This document shows, piece after piece, positions 40,755 through 50,237 of a DNA stretch of 64,000 bases. The stretch comes from an uncultured Thermoplasmata archaeon (GTDB lineage: Archaea > Thermoplasmatota > Thermoplasmata > UBA10834). Below the pieces are notes generated by a model. The model had not been told where the DNA came from. It saw only the letters and a program-made list of their open reading frames with translations, and did no database searches. The position numbers and the translations under genes are program-made. Location of the stretch: NCBI GenBank assembly GCA_963719945.1, contig CAVRDX010000003.1, forward strand, positions 224,001-288,000, read 5' to 3'. How positions within the stretch are numbered: the first letter of the stretch is position 1; the number at the start of each line of letters is the position of its first letter.

Positions 40755-41792
40755 ATGAGAATACTGCATCAGGACTCCAATACCAACGAGATAAAGCTCC
40801 TACCAGAGAGCATAGACGACCTCTGGCACCTGTCCAATCTGGTCGATATAGGTGACATGATCTTCTCATTGACCTATAGGCGAAAAGAGGAGAAGACCGA
40901 CAAGCTTCGGGCCGAAAGGATGGAGAAGGTCCGCATGTGGCTCGGGATACGGGTCGAGAAAGTGGAGTTCCATGAGTCCGATGACCGGCTCAGGATATTG
41001 GGCGTGATAGAATCCGGCCCTCAGGACTTGGCGGAGCATCACACTCTGATGATTGCTCCAGGCGACGATTTGACAATAATCAAGGCCGAATGGAAGATCC
41101 ATCATTTCGACCGGATAAAACGTGCGATAGCGTCGGCCGAGAAACCGAAGATTGTATTCGTCGCGATCGAGGATACCGAAGCCCTCATCGCAGCAGCCAG
41201 GGAATATGGGATGAAGGAATTAGCAACGATTACTAGGAACCCTGGCGGAAAGATGTACGAGACCAAGAGCGATGAGAAGGACTTCTTCGATGAGATCGTT
41301 GCGAAATTGTCCTCCATACTGACGGACGAGCCATTGGTGGTGCTCGGTCCCGGTTTCGCGAAAGAAGCATTGGCAAAGCGTATCCGAGAGAAGTTGCCAG
41401 ATGTCGCGAAATCCATGTCTGTTCATTCGACCGGGCAATGTGGCATGGCTGGCATCCACGAACTAATGAAGAAGGGGATCGGCGGCAAACTTCTCGACGA
41501 GTCGAGGGTGGCCAAAGAGATCATGCTGGTCGAGGAACTGTTTTCTGAGATTGGTCGCGAAGGCATGTATGCCTACGGTCATGAATCTGTCAAGAACGCT
41601 CTGAATGCAGGAGCGATCAGGGTCTTGTTGATCCTCGATACGAAGGTGCGTGTCGAGGGCACAGACGCGATGATCAAATCCGTAGAGGATGCCAGGGGCG
41701 AATTCATGATCATAAGCTCTCTCCATGAGGCCGGACGACGTCTCGAGTCACTCGGCGGTATCGCCGCGCTCCTGAGGTACCGGATCGCTTGA
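40755..41792 (+). CDS. pelA: Ribosome rescue factor Pelota (aDom34)
   Basis: ESIDDLWHL, LRILGVI, HHTL, GPGFAKE and LESLGGIAALLRY. The likely start is ATG 40755. Confidence 0.95.
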   Translation: MRILHQDSNTNEIKLLPESIDDLWHLSNLVDIGDMIFSLTYRRKEEKTDKLRAERMEKVRMWLGIRVEKVEFHESDDRLRILGVIESGPQDLAEHHTLMIAPGDDLTIIKAEWKIHHFDRIKRAIASAEKPKIVFVAIEDTEALIAAAREYGMKELATITRNPGGKMYETKSDEKDFFDEIVAKLSSILTDEPLVVLGPGFAKEALAKRIREKLPDVAKSMSVHSTGQCGMAGIHELMKKGIGGKLLDESRVAKEIMLVEELFSEIGREGMYAYGHESVKNALNAGAIRVLLILDTKVRVEGTDAMIKSVEDARGEFMIISSLHEAGRRLESLGGIAALLRYRIA

Positions 41793-41808
41793 GTTCCGAT
41801 GGTACCCT

Positions 41809-42267
41809 CTAACCCTTGCGAGCCTTCACGATGTCCATCGTTGCATCGATCAACATCCCGACCGGGAACGGTTTCGCCCAGAACGAGACCGCACCAGCGC
41901 CGAGCGCCTCTTCTCGGATGGATTCGTCGGCACTCGAGAATATGATCGGTATCGACGCATCCATCTCCCGGATCTCCTTGGTCGTCTGGATTCCATCCTT
42001 GTTCGGCATCCGATGGTCCATTATGATCGCATCGGGTTTGCAGGGCATGTCCCGGAAGAGCTTGACCGCCTCGTCTCCGTCTCTGGCAGAGAATACGGTG
42101 TGTCCTCTCGATTCGAACATGTCCTTGTACAATTCTCGGATGAAATCTTCGTCGTCTACAACGAAAACTCGCGCGGACAGCCTTCCGGCTCGCCCGTTCT
42201 GTTTCACGGTCGTGTAGCCTCCTGACATTGCTGCCAGTGCCCTCAGACCAGGTTGACTATCTCTCAT
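41809..42267 (-). CDS. Single-domain response regulator (receiver)
   Basis: VVDDE, IMDHRMP..DG and KPF. Confidence 0.9.
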   Translation of the reverse strand: MRDSQPGLRALAAMSGGYTTVKQNGRAGRLSARVFVVDDEDFIRELYKDMFESRGHTVFSARDGDEAVKLFRDMPCKPDAIIMDHRMPNKDGIQTTKEIREMDASIPIIFSSADESIREEALGAGAVSFWAKPFPVGMLIDATMDIVKARKG

Positions 42268-42382
42268 TGCACACTACCCTGATCAGGCACAGGTACTGCG
42301 CTAATATGTGGTCCACTGTCTCACAGTGATTCCACATGTGCATCCCAGCTATCCCGATACGACCCTATCTCCATCGTCTCTA

Positions 42383-43507
42383 TTAAGGCTTTTGCGGTTG
42401 GTTCATACTCCCGCGAATCGGTCGACCTCTCGCATCGTAGTACCGCCTCTTGATCCATAGAGACACATTTACAAGACCGATGAGGACTGGCACCTCCATC
42501 AGCGGACCGATGACGGTGGCGAACGCCTCGAGCGAGGCTATTCCAAAAGTCGCAACGGCGACGGCGATTGCGAGTTCGAAATTATTGCTTGCAGCCGTGA
42601 ACGACTGAGTTGCTCCCTGAGCATAGGTGAATCCCAGTCGATGGCTCAGTGCGAAGCTGACGAAGAACATGAGTATGAAGTAGATTACCAGTGGCACCGC
42701 GATCCTCACCACGTCGAACGGATGGTCGATGATGTACTCACCTTTCAATGAGAACATCACAACAATCGTGAATAGTAGACCTATGAGGGCAAGAGGGCTG
42801 ATCTTGGGCAAGAATGATCCCTCGTACCATTCCCTTCCCTTTCGTCTCGCAATCAGATACCAACTCGCGATTCCCGCAGCGAATGGAATCCCCAGGAAGA
42901 TTACAACGCTCTTTGCGATATCTGCCATGCTTATGTCAACAATCACTGCCTCAGCAGACGGTGATATCACAGGCGTCATGATGGTGATGAAGAAATACGC
43001 CAATGCAGCGTAGGTGATGATCTGGAATATCGAATTGACTGCAACCAGCACAGCGCAGTATTCACTGTCTCCTTCTGCAAGCATGTTCCATACCAAGACC
43101 ATTGCAATACATCTTGCGAGGCCGACCAAGATGAGTCCCCATCGGTAGGGCGCCATCTCCGGTTCTGGTAGGAATGTCCATGCCAAGGCGAACATCAGGA
43201 CCGGTCCGATGATCCAATTCAGAAAGAGCGAGGTACCGAACATCTTCTTCGCTTCTCTCAGCTTTCCAAGCTGTTCGTACCTCACCTTTGCCAATGGCGG
43301 GTACATCATCACAAGTAGCCCGATGGCGATAGGTAGCGAGACCTTGTCGATATTCATCGAGTCCAATAGGTCGGCTATCTCGGGGTATAGGTAGCCTATG
43401 CCTATACCCAGTGCCATGGCCAGGAAGATCCAGATCGTAAGGAATTCATTCAAGAACGAGAGTCCCTTTGCAGGCTTCTCTTGATCGGTGCCTCTCCCTC
43501 TTGACAG
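42383..43507 (-). CDS. acr3: ACR3 family arsenite efflux transporter
   Basis: MMYPPLAKV, GLARCIAMV, SNNFELAIAVA and GPLMEVPVL. The KGLSFL motif lies upstream of the track's TTG start, suggesting a CTG start at 43507. Confidence 0.93.
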   Translation of the reverse strand: MSRGRGTDQEKPAKGLSFLNEFLTIWIFLAMALGIGIGYLYPEIADLLDSMNIDKVSLPIAIGLLVMMYPPLAKVRYEQLGKLREAKKMFGTSLFLNWIIGPVLMFALAWTFLPEPEMAPYRWGLILVGLARCIAMVLVWNMLAEGDSEYCAVLVAVNSIFQIITYAALAYFFITIMTPVISPSAEAVIVDISMADIAKSVVIFLGIPFAAGIASWYLIARRKGREWYEGSFLPKISPLALIGLLFTIVVMFSLKGEYIIDHPFDVVRIAVPLVIYFILMFFVSFALSHRLGFTYAQGATQSFTAASNNFELAIAVAVATFGIASLEAFATVIGPLMEVPVLIGLVNVSLWIKRRYYDARGRPIRGSMNQPQKP

Positions 43508-43516
43508 TCTCCCACC

Positions 43517-43795
43517 TCAACTCTTCGAGTGTTTCTTCTTGAGTGCGTGCAGTTCCTCCGCCAACTCCCTCATCGTCGGGAACGAGATCGCTTCGAATTC
43601 GCATTTTCCTTTGCATCCTGTGCATGCCACGACGCACGAATATGGGTTCTCGACGATGGCTCCATCATCCGTCATCTTGTACACGCCCTGGTGACAGAAG
43701 CTCACACACACGCCACACTTGGTGCACTTCTTACGATCTATTCTCGGGAACCACTGGATCTCTTCCCTCGGTATGCCATGATATTCGGTTGCCAT
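43517..43795 (-). CDS. 2x[4Fe-4S] ferredoxin
   Basis: CTKCGVCVSFC and CVVACTGCKGKC. Confidence 0.88.
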   Translation of the reverse strand: MATEYHGIPREEIQWFPRIDRKKCTKCGVCVSFCHQGVYKMTDDGAIVENPYSCVVACTGCKGKCEFEAISFPTMRELAEELHALKKKHSKS

Positions 43796-43811
43796 TCTAA
43801 TGCCTCATGAA

Positions 43812-44117
43812 TCAGCAGCTGCCTTTGCACGAGCAGCAGCTTTTGCGAGATGAATCCTTTCCCTGCCTTCTTTCCTTTTCTTCGGAGAACGCCTTCCATA
43901 TCCCGTCCGAATAGTCCTTCTCTGCAGGTTTAGGGATGTAATTGTGCTCTTTCAATTCCGCGAATAATATCTCTTTGAGCAATTCGTCGGGTGCATCGTC
44001 CATCTCGAAGGCTTTCTCGAAGATGCTATCCAATCCGGATATTCCTACTTCACGTCCGCCTATTATGATTTTCTTGGTCACGGTCCTTCCAGGACAGCAA
44101 GGTTCGATTATCATCAT
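43812..44117 (-). CDS. Small Cys-rich hypothetical protein
   Basis: N-terminal PCCP, core VGISGL...NYIP..AE..Y, and C-terminal SCCSCKGSC. Confidence 0.75.
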   Translation of the reverse strand: MMIIEPCCPGRTVTKKIIIGGREVGISGLDSIFEKAFEMDDAPDELLKEILFAELKEHNYIPKPAEKDYSDGIWKAFSEEKERRQGKDSSRKSCCSCKGSC

Positions 44118-44189
44118 GTTCCACCGATGCTAGGCGGAATATCGTACATCGCTGAGAAAAGGCTTGCGTCTACCTGAGAAATGGGATTA

Positions 44190-44237
44190 TACAGAAAAAG
44201 AGGGAGTTGATAGGTAGGATGGAGCGTCCTACCTATC
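44190..44237 (-). terminator. Hairpin plus T-tract terminator
   Basis: Perfect 11-bp inverted repeat GATAGGTAGGA (44209-44219) / TCCTACCTATC (44227-44237), followed on the minus strand by CTCTTTTTCT. Confidence 0.65.
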
Positions 44238-44247
44238 CGGGATGACG

Positions 44248-44343
44248 TTAATAGTCAGCAACTTCAACAGCTTGTTCGAGTTCCGGCTCGCACCCGAATA
44301 GATCATAGACTTCTTCCCAGCTGTAGTGGTCCGCATCAATCAT
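44248..44343 (-). CDS. Unannotated 31-aa acidic small protein
   Basis: MIDADHYSWEEVYDLFGCEPELEQAVEVADY*, preceded by AAGGTGA and followed by the hairpin terminator. Confidence 0.6.
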   Translation of the reverse strand: MIDADHYSWEEVYDLFGCEPELEQAVEVADY

Positions 44344-44439
44344 TCTTTTCACCTTGCTATCAACCTCTACGGGAAATCGGGGTTAATAAGCTGGTATCCG
44401 GAGGTCCGCGAAAATAGTCTGGCCATGCGAAAGTGATAT

Positions 44440-46155
44440 TCAATTCGCATGCCTGATATGGACCGCCTCTCCACGCTGCGCCAGTTCCATCTCTACAGGG
44501 CTCATCCTGGCCACGCCGACAGCCCTGGCCTCTTCACCATGGACAATGACGACATCGTCACCGATCCTAATCTCTCTGTCCGCTTTCTTCACGCCGACAG
44601 CGAACAGGTTGCCCTTGGGTTTGAAATCGTCGATCTCAACACGGTACGAGCCCGCGTCCGCGAGCACCTTCCCACCTTCGAGTGTGAGGGAGATCATCCC
44701 TCGCTCAGCAGTCAGCATGCCCACCTGCTGACCGTCTCGCGTTATCCTGACATTGGGCCATCTTCCCATGACCACCGCGCCATCGCATAACGCGTTTCCA
44801 GCTGGACCGAACTGGAACCTGCATATCGACCGCAGTTCCTCAAGGTTCCTCGAACGACGCACAGGTCCGCGATCATCCGCATCGAAATCCCTGAGGGTAT
44901 CCTGCAGACGATTCAACGAATCCCTTGATCCAGGTTCACCTCTCGAAGTGTCAACGAAATCAGATATTCCAGAATTCACTGGCTCCCGTTCATCACCCAA
45001 GTGGGAGATCACGAGATCGTACTTCTCGCTGGATACGAGCCATGACACCAGCTCCTGGACCATATGCTTCTCGTCTCTGTCCCAATGGCCCGTGACCGGG
45101 ATATCGTAGTCCTTTGCTGGGTAGAACAATTCAAGCTCTCGGGGAACGATGCCCAACGGCGAGGTCACGATCACCTCGTGCACGATGGATGCCCTTCCGC
45201 TGGCCTGTATCGCTTCGCGGAACCTCTTGTGTGATTGTGAGAGCGAATATGGTTTTCTCGCGGAGCAAGGTATCAGCACCAGTATCCTCGTGCCTTCCGG
45301 ACGATGATATCTCTCCTGGATCCTCAGCTTCCATCTCGCAATGTCCGGTCTGTTGAGGGACTCCTTCGAACCCGCGTGGAAAGGTGCGCCTTTGATCGAT
45401 GCATGCATTTCCTGGAGTTGATATGCGATGAGGTCCATCAACCTAAGATTCTGGACCAGCCAGGGGTCGCATCGGATGCGTGATTCCACAAGTTCCCTGA
45501 GGGTCCCCTGGTCTATCGCGTGCCTCACCAGTCTTATCTCACTCTCCGCTGCGGATTGGTTGTGCCTGAGGAGATGGTCGAAATCCCTCTTGTCCGATTC
45601 ACACGCTTCGCAGGAACAAGGCATCTCCTTTATGCTGGACGCATCGATGATGCCGTGGTTGGTGAGATACTGTCCGTTCCTGGCAGCCATCACGAGCGGG
45701 ATCGTGTCGATCACATCGATCCCGCAGTATGCGAGGAATGCCAATCTGTGCGGGAAGCCGGCGACTGAACATAGCAGCGGCTTCAGGAGAGAATCGCTCG
45801 ACTTCAGCTTGACGACCTGCTCCACGAATCTTCCAGAATCCAACATGAGGCTGGATATGTTATCCAGAAAGACGAATCCCGATCGGTCGGTTCGTTCATC
45901 TGAATACGGCGATCCCCTTAGCCCGACCTTTATGACACTTTCTCCATCCGAACTCGCTTCGAAGAAGGATGAGCCAGATACTCTGAGATCTCCTGACTCG
46001 GCGATATTGTCGTAAGTGAGCCGGGGTCCCCTGCAATCGGTTCTGATCTTCTCGGTGCCAATGGTTGCCAGAGTCGGAGTCGAATACTCTCGTCCATCTA
46101 TCTCTAGAATGCCTCTTCTGGCCAAACCGTCTCTGCCGAGTAAATCGAATCTCAC
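44440..46155 (-). CDS. arcS: Archaeosine synthase alpha subunit (ArcS/TgtA2)
   Basis: TGT-like N-terminus (RDGLARRG, TP), CSCEAC, PCSARKPYSLSQSH, TSPLGIVPRELE..YP..YDIPVTGHW and a C-terminal PUA domain. Confidence 0.92.
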   Translation of the reverse strand: MRFDLLGRDGLARRGILEIDGREYSTPTLATIGTEKIRTDCRGPRLTYDNIAESGDLRVSGSSFFEASSDGESVIKVGLRGSPYSDERTDRSGFVFLDNISSLMLDSGRFVEQVVKLKSSDSLLKPLLCSVAGFPHRLAFLAYCGIDVIDTIPLVMAARNGQYLTNHGIIDASSIKEMPCSCEACESDKRDFDHLLRHNQSAAESEIRLVRHAIDQGTLRELVESRIRCDPWLVQNLRLMDLIAYQLQEMHASIKGAPFHAGSKESLNRPDIARWKLRIQERYHRPEGTRILVLIPCSARKPYSLSQSHKRFREAIQASGRASIVHEVIVTSPLGIVPRELELFYPAKDYDIPVTGHWDRDEKHMVQELVSWLVSSEKYDLVISHLGDEREPVNSGISDFVDTSRGEPGSRDSLNRLQDTLRDFDADDRGPVRRSRNLEELRSICRFQFGPAGNALCDGAVVMGRWPNVRITRDGQQVGMLTAERGMISLTLEGGKVLADAGSYRVEIDDFKPKGNLFAVGVKKADREIRIGDDVVIVHGEEARAVGVARMSPVEMELAQRGEAVHIRHAN

Positions 46156-46194
46156 GACAAGTCATAGGGAATTGGGTAATAAAATGAATTGATT

Positions 46195-46214
46195 GGAGTC
46201 CTAGGATGGACTCC
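46195..46214. terminator. Short hairpin between the dsrF-like gene and arcS
   Basis: GGAGTCC-taggat-GGACTCC forms a 7-bp stem just after the stop at 46220. Confidence 0.35.
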
Positions 46215-46219
46215 TTAGG

Positions 46220-46576
46220 TCAGAAAGTCGTGACCAGGTCGTGTTCAGAGGCCAGCCGCTTGACCTCGGACGCTGATATTACCTTGAGGCCTTCGAACAG
46301 TCTGGATTCCTCTATGCATCTGGACGCCAAGTCCTCTTTCACCACATAGACCGGGACATCGAAGTCGTACAGTTCCTTCGTCGCCTCCGCATTCGAAGGC
46401 ATCCTCACAGCCTCCGGTTTCTGGCTGCCCAGTCCGTTGTATACCCCGTCCTCGATCAAGACCACTGAGGTCTTCATCCCGTTCACGCCCATTGCGAGAG
46501 CCAGCCTCAGCCCTGCAAACGCTTCCTCAAGTCCGTAAGGCGCCCTTGTCACTAGAACCAGTGTTGATTCTGCCAT
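46220..46576 (-). CDS. DsrF/TusC-like sulfur relay protein
   Basis: RAPYG, EDGVY and VYVVKEDL..R. It lacks the active-site Cys of DsrE. Confidence 0.85.
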   Translation of the reverse strand: MAESTLVLVTRAPYGLEEAFAGLRLALAMGVNGMKTSVVLIEDGVYNGLGSQKPEAVRMPSNAEATKELYDFDVPVYVVKEDLASRCIEESRLFEGLKVISASEVKRLASEHDLVTTF

Positions 46577-46582
46577 GCAATA

Positions 46583-46942
46583 TCACCTCGCAATCGTCAC
46601 CAGCCGGTCGGACTCCGACAGGAATTTGAAGAGATCGTTCGTAAGACTGCCGACCTTGGCACTGGGTATCTCCTCTCCCCTCTCGAACCCCCTGGCCGCG
46701 AAGCAGGTCTCGCAGATGGCCTGCGTGACTCCGTTCTTCCCTGCCGCCTCGAGCTCGTTCCCTATGTTCGGGAACCTCTTCGGGTTCTGTCCTTTCTTGA
46801 CTGCAGTCACGCCTTCGCCGTAACCGAACATGTTGACCTTGTATCCTTTGGCCTTCGCGGCATCAGCAAGCTTCACGGCGATGTTCGCATCCATCGCCAT
46901 CATGGAACCTGTCCTCCATAGTATGGTTAGAGTCTTCGTCAT
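46583..46942 (-). CDS. DsrE/TusD-like sulfurtransferase
   Basis: FGYGEGV and AICETCFAARG, with Cys at the TusD/DsrE active-site position. Confidence 0.85.
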   Translation of the reverse strand: MTKTLTILWRTGSMMAMDANIAVKLADAAKAKGYKVNMFGYGEGVTAVKKGQNPKRFPNIGNELEAAGKNGVTQAICETCFAARGFERGEEIPSAKVGSLTNDLFKFLSESDRLVTIAR

Positions 46943-46951
46943 CGTATCACC

Positions 46952-47251
46952 TCACACGGTCACAGTTCGCTGTGTCCGCTCCATTATGCAATCGATTATC
47001 TCGTCGTAACCGACCGCCTTTCCGATCTTGATGTCTGCCGCAGTGAAACCTCTTGCTTCGAGGTCATCCTTGGCGACGAGCACTTCTGTCGCGACACCAT
47101 CCAGTTTGACGCAATGGGCTGGGTTGATTGAATGATATACGGCGTCCTCGAATAAGATGACGCTAGAATCCTCCTTGGACGCCAGACGTTCCATCATATG
47201 GGTGGGATCCTGTTCACTCGGCGATTTGATGATTATGAACGCAGTCTTCAA
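46952..47251 (-). CDS. DsrH/TusB-like protein
   Basis: IIKSP, LFEDAVY, DDLEARG and VGYDE. The likely start is TTG 47251 after GAGGTGG. Confidence 0.85.
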   Translation of the reverse strand: MKTAFIIIKSPSEQDPTHMMERLASKEDSSVILFEDAVYHSINPAHCVKLDGVATEVLVAKDDLEARGFTAADIKIGKAVGYDEIIDCIMERTQRTVTV

Positions 47252-47262
47252 AGATGTCCACC

Positions 47263-47667
47263 TCAACCTATGAAGAGGGTTATCTTCGAGTCGGCTGCCA
47301 GGTTCAGGAACGCCGACGCTCCTAGCACCTTCGTCCCTTCCGTGAGATCAGATTCCTTCACTCCCATAAGACTCATGGATGTGCTGCAGGCGTAGAAGTG
47401 GACCCCGAGGTCCTTCGCCTGCTCCATCATCTCCTGGTAACCCGGTATCTTGAGTTTCATCATCTTCTTCTCGATCATGCCAGTGAAGAACCTCATCATC
47501 CCTGGCAATTTCGGCTTCGCTCCCTTCTTGAGCAGCTTAAGCCCAAAGAATGTGTAGAACACATGCACTTCCATTCCCATGCTCGCTCCGGTCGTTCCCA
47601 TGATGAGCGGCATCATCGCCTTGTCGAAGCTCCCTTCGCTCACGACCATGCAGAATTTGTCAGCCAT
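47263..47667 (-). CDS. DsrE2-type (DsrE/DsrF/DrsH-like) peroxiredoxin-family protein
   Basis: GSFDKA, VHVFYTFFGL, FYACSTSM and TLFI. Confidence 0.85.
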   Translation of the reverse strand: MADKFCMVVSEGSFDKAMMPLIMGTTGASMGMEVHVFYTFFGLKLLKKGAKPKLPGMMRFFTGMIEKKMMKLKIPGYQEMMEQAKDLGVHFYACSTSMSLMGVKESDLTEGTKVLGASAFLNLAADSKITLFIG

Positions 47668-47698
47668 TATTATCTCTCCTTCATTATATCGATTGTTC

Positions 47699-47926
47699 TC
47701 ACTTCAGCTTTATGTAGAATCTGAATATCTTGCCGTCCTCTTCCTGTCCGATGAGTTGATTCCCGGTCCGGCTGCACCAGGCTGGCACGTCTTCTTTCGC
47801 GCCGATATCGTCGGCAAGCAGTTCGAGTATCTGGCCGGATTTCATTTCCTTGATCTTCTTTGCGAGTTGCACTATCGGCATCGGGCACATGAGTCCCTTC
47901 GCGTCCAGGGTCGCATCCTTCTCCAC
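47699..47926 (-). CDS. tusA: TusA/SirA family sulfur carrier
   Basis: LDAKGLMCPMP (CPxP) and D.GA.EDVPAWC. The likely start is GTG 47926. Confidence 0.92.
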   Translation of the reverse strand: MEKDATLDAKGLMCPMPIVQLAKKIKEMKSGQILELLADDIGAKEDVPAWCSRTGNQLIGQEEDGKIFRFYIKLK

Positions 47927-48052
47927 AACATCCACTCCTGCGGTATTGTCACTACCGTGCAAAACTCCATTGCAGTGTTACCTAATAAACATTTTCACGT
48001 CGAATGATCCCTGCACTGGCGAACCAATGCGTCACAACGGTTAAGTATAAAA

Positions 48053-48430
48053 ATGGCAATAGCGTGCAACATGGTAGAACCACAGAAGATCCTGTCGGGG
48101 CAGGCCACATGCAGGGACATCGTCAAATGTGTCTATGGCTTATCCGATTTCGAGCTCCTCATTTACAAGAAGCTCGTCAAACAGGGTCCTCTCAAGGCCG
48201 ACGACCTCGCTCCTTCCGTGAAGAAGGACCGAAGCACCGTGTATCGTGCTCTTCAGAAACTCGTATCGTCTGGTCTGGCATTCCGCGAGACAAAGACCAT
48301 AGAGCGGGGTGGATACTTCCACGTGTATACTGCTGTGCAGCCAAACCAATTGAAGCAGAGGTTGCACAGGTGTGCCGATGATTGGTTCGATAATATGAAG
48401 ACTGCGATTGAGGACTTCGATCTTGTATGA
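48053..48430 (+). CDS. TrmB-like winged-HTH transcriptional regulator
   Basis: CRDIVKCVYGLS, HTH ADDLA..VKKDRSTVYRALQKL, and wing GGYFHVY. It is divergent from the tusA operon. Confidence 0.85.
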   Translation: MAIACNMVEPQKILSGQATCRDIVKCVYGLSDFELLIYKKLVKQGPLKADDLAPSVKKDRSTVYRALQKLVSSGLAFRETKTIERGGYFHVYTAVQPNQLKQRLHRCADDWFDNMKTAIEDFDLV

Positions 48431-48493
48431 CTCGGCCACAGGTCGGACTGACCCGCCTGTGAAAACCTTATATGCAGATAACCGATTTGGTGC

Positions 48494-49432
48494 TTGATGT
48501 CAGACGGCTTCAAAGGAATGGACATCGTGTCCATCCGTGATTTTTCAAGGGATCAGGTCGAGCATGTTCTCGATGTTGCCGAGACGATGCTCCCGATCGC
48601 GAAGGGGGAGGAGAAAAGCAAACTCTTGGACGGCAGGATTCTGGGGTCACTGTTCTACGAACCGTCGACCAGGACCAGGCTGTCTTTCGAAGCGGCAATG
48701 ACCCGTCTTGGCGGTTCGACGCTCGGATTCGACGAACCGAAAGGGTCGTCAGTCGCCAAAGGGGAGACGCTCGCGGATACGATCAGAATGGTCGATGCAT
48801 ATTGCGATGTGATCGTTCTGAGACACCCGCAAGAGGGCGCTGCAAGAATGTCCGCGCATTTCGCTGACAAGCCGATATTCAATGCGGGAGATGGCGCCGG
48901 TCAGCATCCCACGCAGACCATGCTCGATCTCTTTACGATCCGCAAATCGAAGGGCAAGATCGATGGGAACCATGTGGTGGTCGTCGGGGACCTGAAGTAC
49001 GGAAGGACGGTGCATTCACTGTCCGAAGCCCTGGCGATGTTCGGTGCGGAGCTGACGTTCGTCGCGCCGCCATCCCTGCAGATGCCCAAGGAGCATCTCA
49101 AGCACATACAATCGCTCGGGACGAAGCCCAAGAGCAGCAGCAACTTGGAGGATGCCATCAAGGATGCGGATGTGCTCTATGTCACGAGGATCCAGAAAGA
49201 GAGGTTCCCAGACCCTGCGGAGTATCAAAAGGTCGCAGGCGCTTACAGGATAGACCTGCCGATGCTAAAGGATGTCAAGAAGGACATGATCATAATGCAT
49301 CCGCTCCCAAGGGTTACCGAGATATCCCCTGATGTGGACAAGACTGAGCATGCCAAGTACTTCGAGCAGGCATTCAACGGAGTGCCCGTCAGGATGGCAC
49401 TCCTCTCGATGGTGTTGGGGGCGGTCGAATGA
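48494..49432 (+). CDS. pyrB: Aspartate carbamoyltransferase catalytic subunit
   Basis: [28 protein letters not shown] and MHPLPR. Confidence 0.98.
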   Translation: MMSDGFKGMDIVSIRDFSRDQVEHVLDVAETMLPIAKGEEKSKLLDGRILGSLFYEPSTRTRLSFEAAMTRLGGSTLGFDEPKGSSVAKGETLADTIRMVDAYCDVIVLRHPQEGAARMSAHFADKPIFNAGDGAGQHPTQTMLDLFTIRKSKGKIDGNHVVVVGDLKYGRTVHSLSEALAMFGAELTFVAPPSLQMPKEHLKHIQSLGTKPKSSSNLEDAIKDADVLYVTRIQKERFPDPAEYQKVAGAYRIDLPMLKDVKKDMIIMHPLPRVTEISPDVDKTEHAKYFEQAFNGVPVRMALLSMVLGAVE

Positions 49433-49884
49433 AGGAATTCAAGGTCACGCCGATAAGGAACGGCACGGTCATAGACCACATACAGGTCGGGATGGCTCTC
49501 AAGGTCTTGCGGATCATCGGCGTCAAGGAGGATGTGAGCTCGACCGTCAGCGTGCTCATGCACGTGCCCAGCAAGAAAGGCGGTTGGAAGGACATCGTCA
49601 AGATCGAGGACAGGGAGTTGGACCCCAAAGAACTCGACAAGGTGGCTCTCATATCTCCCGATGCGACTATCAATATTATCCGTGATTACAACGTCGCCGA
49701 GAAGTTCGTGGTCGAGGTTCCGAAATCTGTTCTGGGCATTATGAAATGTTCGAATCCGGGCTGCATAACGAACAAGAGCGAGCCTATCGAGCCAGAATTC
49801 GTCGTCGAATCGAAGAAACCCCTGACCCTGAAATGCGTATACTGCGACAGGATCACAACGGAGATATCAGAGAATCTGATATGA
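49429..49884 (+). CDS. pyrI: Aspartate carbamoyltransferase regulatory subunit
   Basis: [22 protein letters not shown] and CVYC. Confidence 0.97.
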   Translation: MKEFKVTPIRNGTVIDHIQVGMALKVLRIIGVKEDVSSTVSVLMHVPSKKGGWKDIVKIEDRELDPKELDKVALISPDATINIIRDYNVAEKFVVEVPKSVLGIMKCSNPGCITNKSEPIEPEFVVESKKPLTLKCVYCDRITTEISENLI

Positions 49885-49903
49885 TGAACTAGGCGGTGCA
49901 CCC

Positions 49904-50236
49904 TTGAGGCTTAATCTCGAGTCACTCAGGTGCGTAGGTTGCGGTCTGTGCGAATCAGTGTGCAGCTTGAGCCGCGATTCCGTTCTGACAGCGATGAGTT
50001 CGAGCATCATCCTACACATCGAGGACAAGGTCAACTACTTCGGGTTGGTGCTCAAGACCAAGGATGACGGATTGGTGGTCGCTCGACCTGAGGGGGACTC
50101 CTCTGGCCAGCAACCCTCGGGCTCAGATGGTCCCGGTGCCAAGCCCATACTATTGCGTGAACCTTGCGACTTATGCAGGGGCGAGCCCAAATGTGTGAAG
50201 ATGTGCCCGACCGGCTGCATCACGGTGGTGGACTGA
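49904..50236 (+). CDS. 4Fe-4S ferredoxin-like protein (AOR small-subunit-like)
   Basis: CVGCGLCESVC and CDLC....KCVKMCPTG. Confidence 0.8.
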   Translation: MRLNLESLRCVGCGLCESVCSLSRDSVLTAMSSSIILHIEDKVNYFGLVLKTKDDGLVVARPEGDSSGQQPSGSDGPGAKPILLREPCDLCRGEPKCVKMCPTGCITVVD

Positions 50237-50237
50237 G

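Noticed and set aside
43517-43519. Selenocysteine or readthrough fusion of ferredoxin to acr3 at the in-frame TGA
   Set aside because: The TGA is not at a Cys-equivalent position and no SECIS is evident. An RBS plus CTG start explains the layout more simply.
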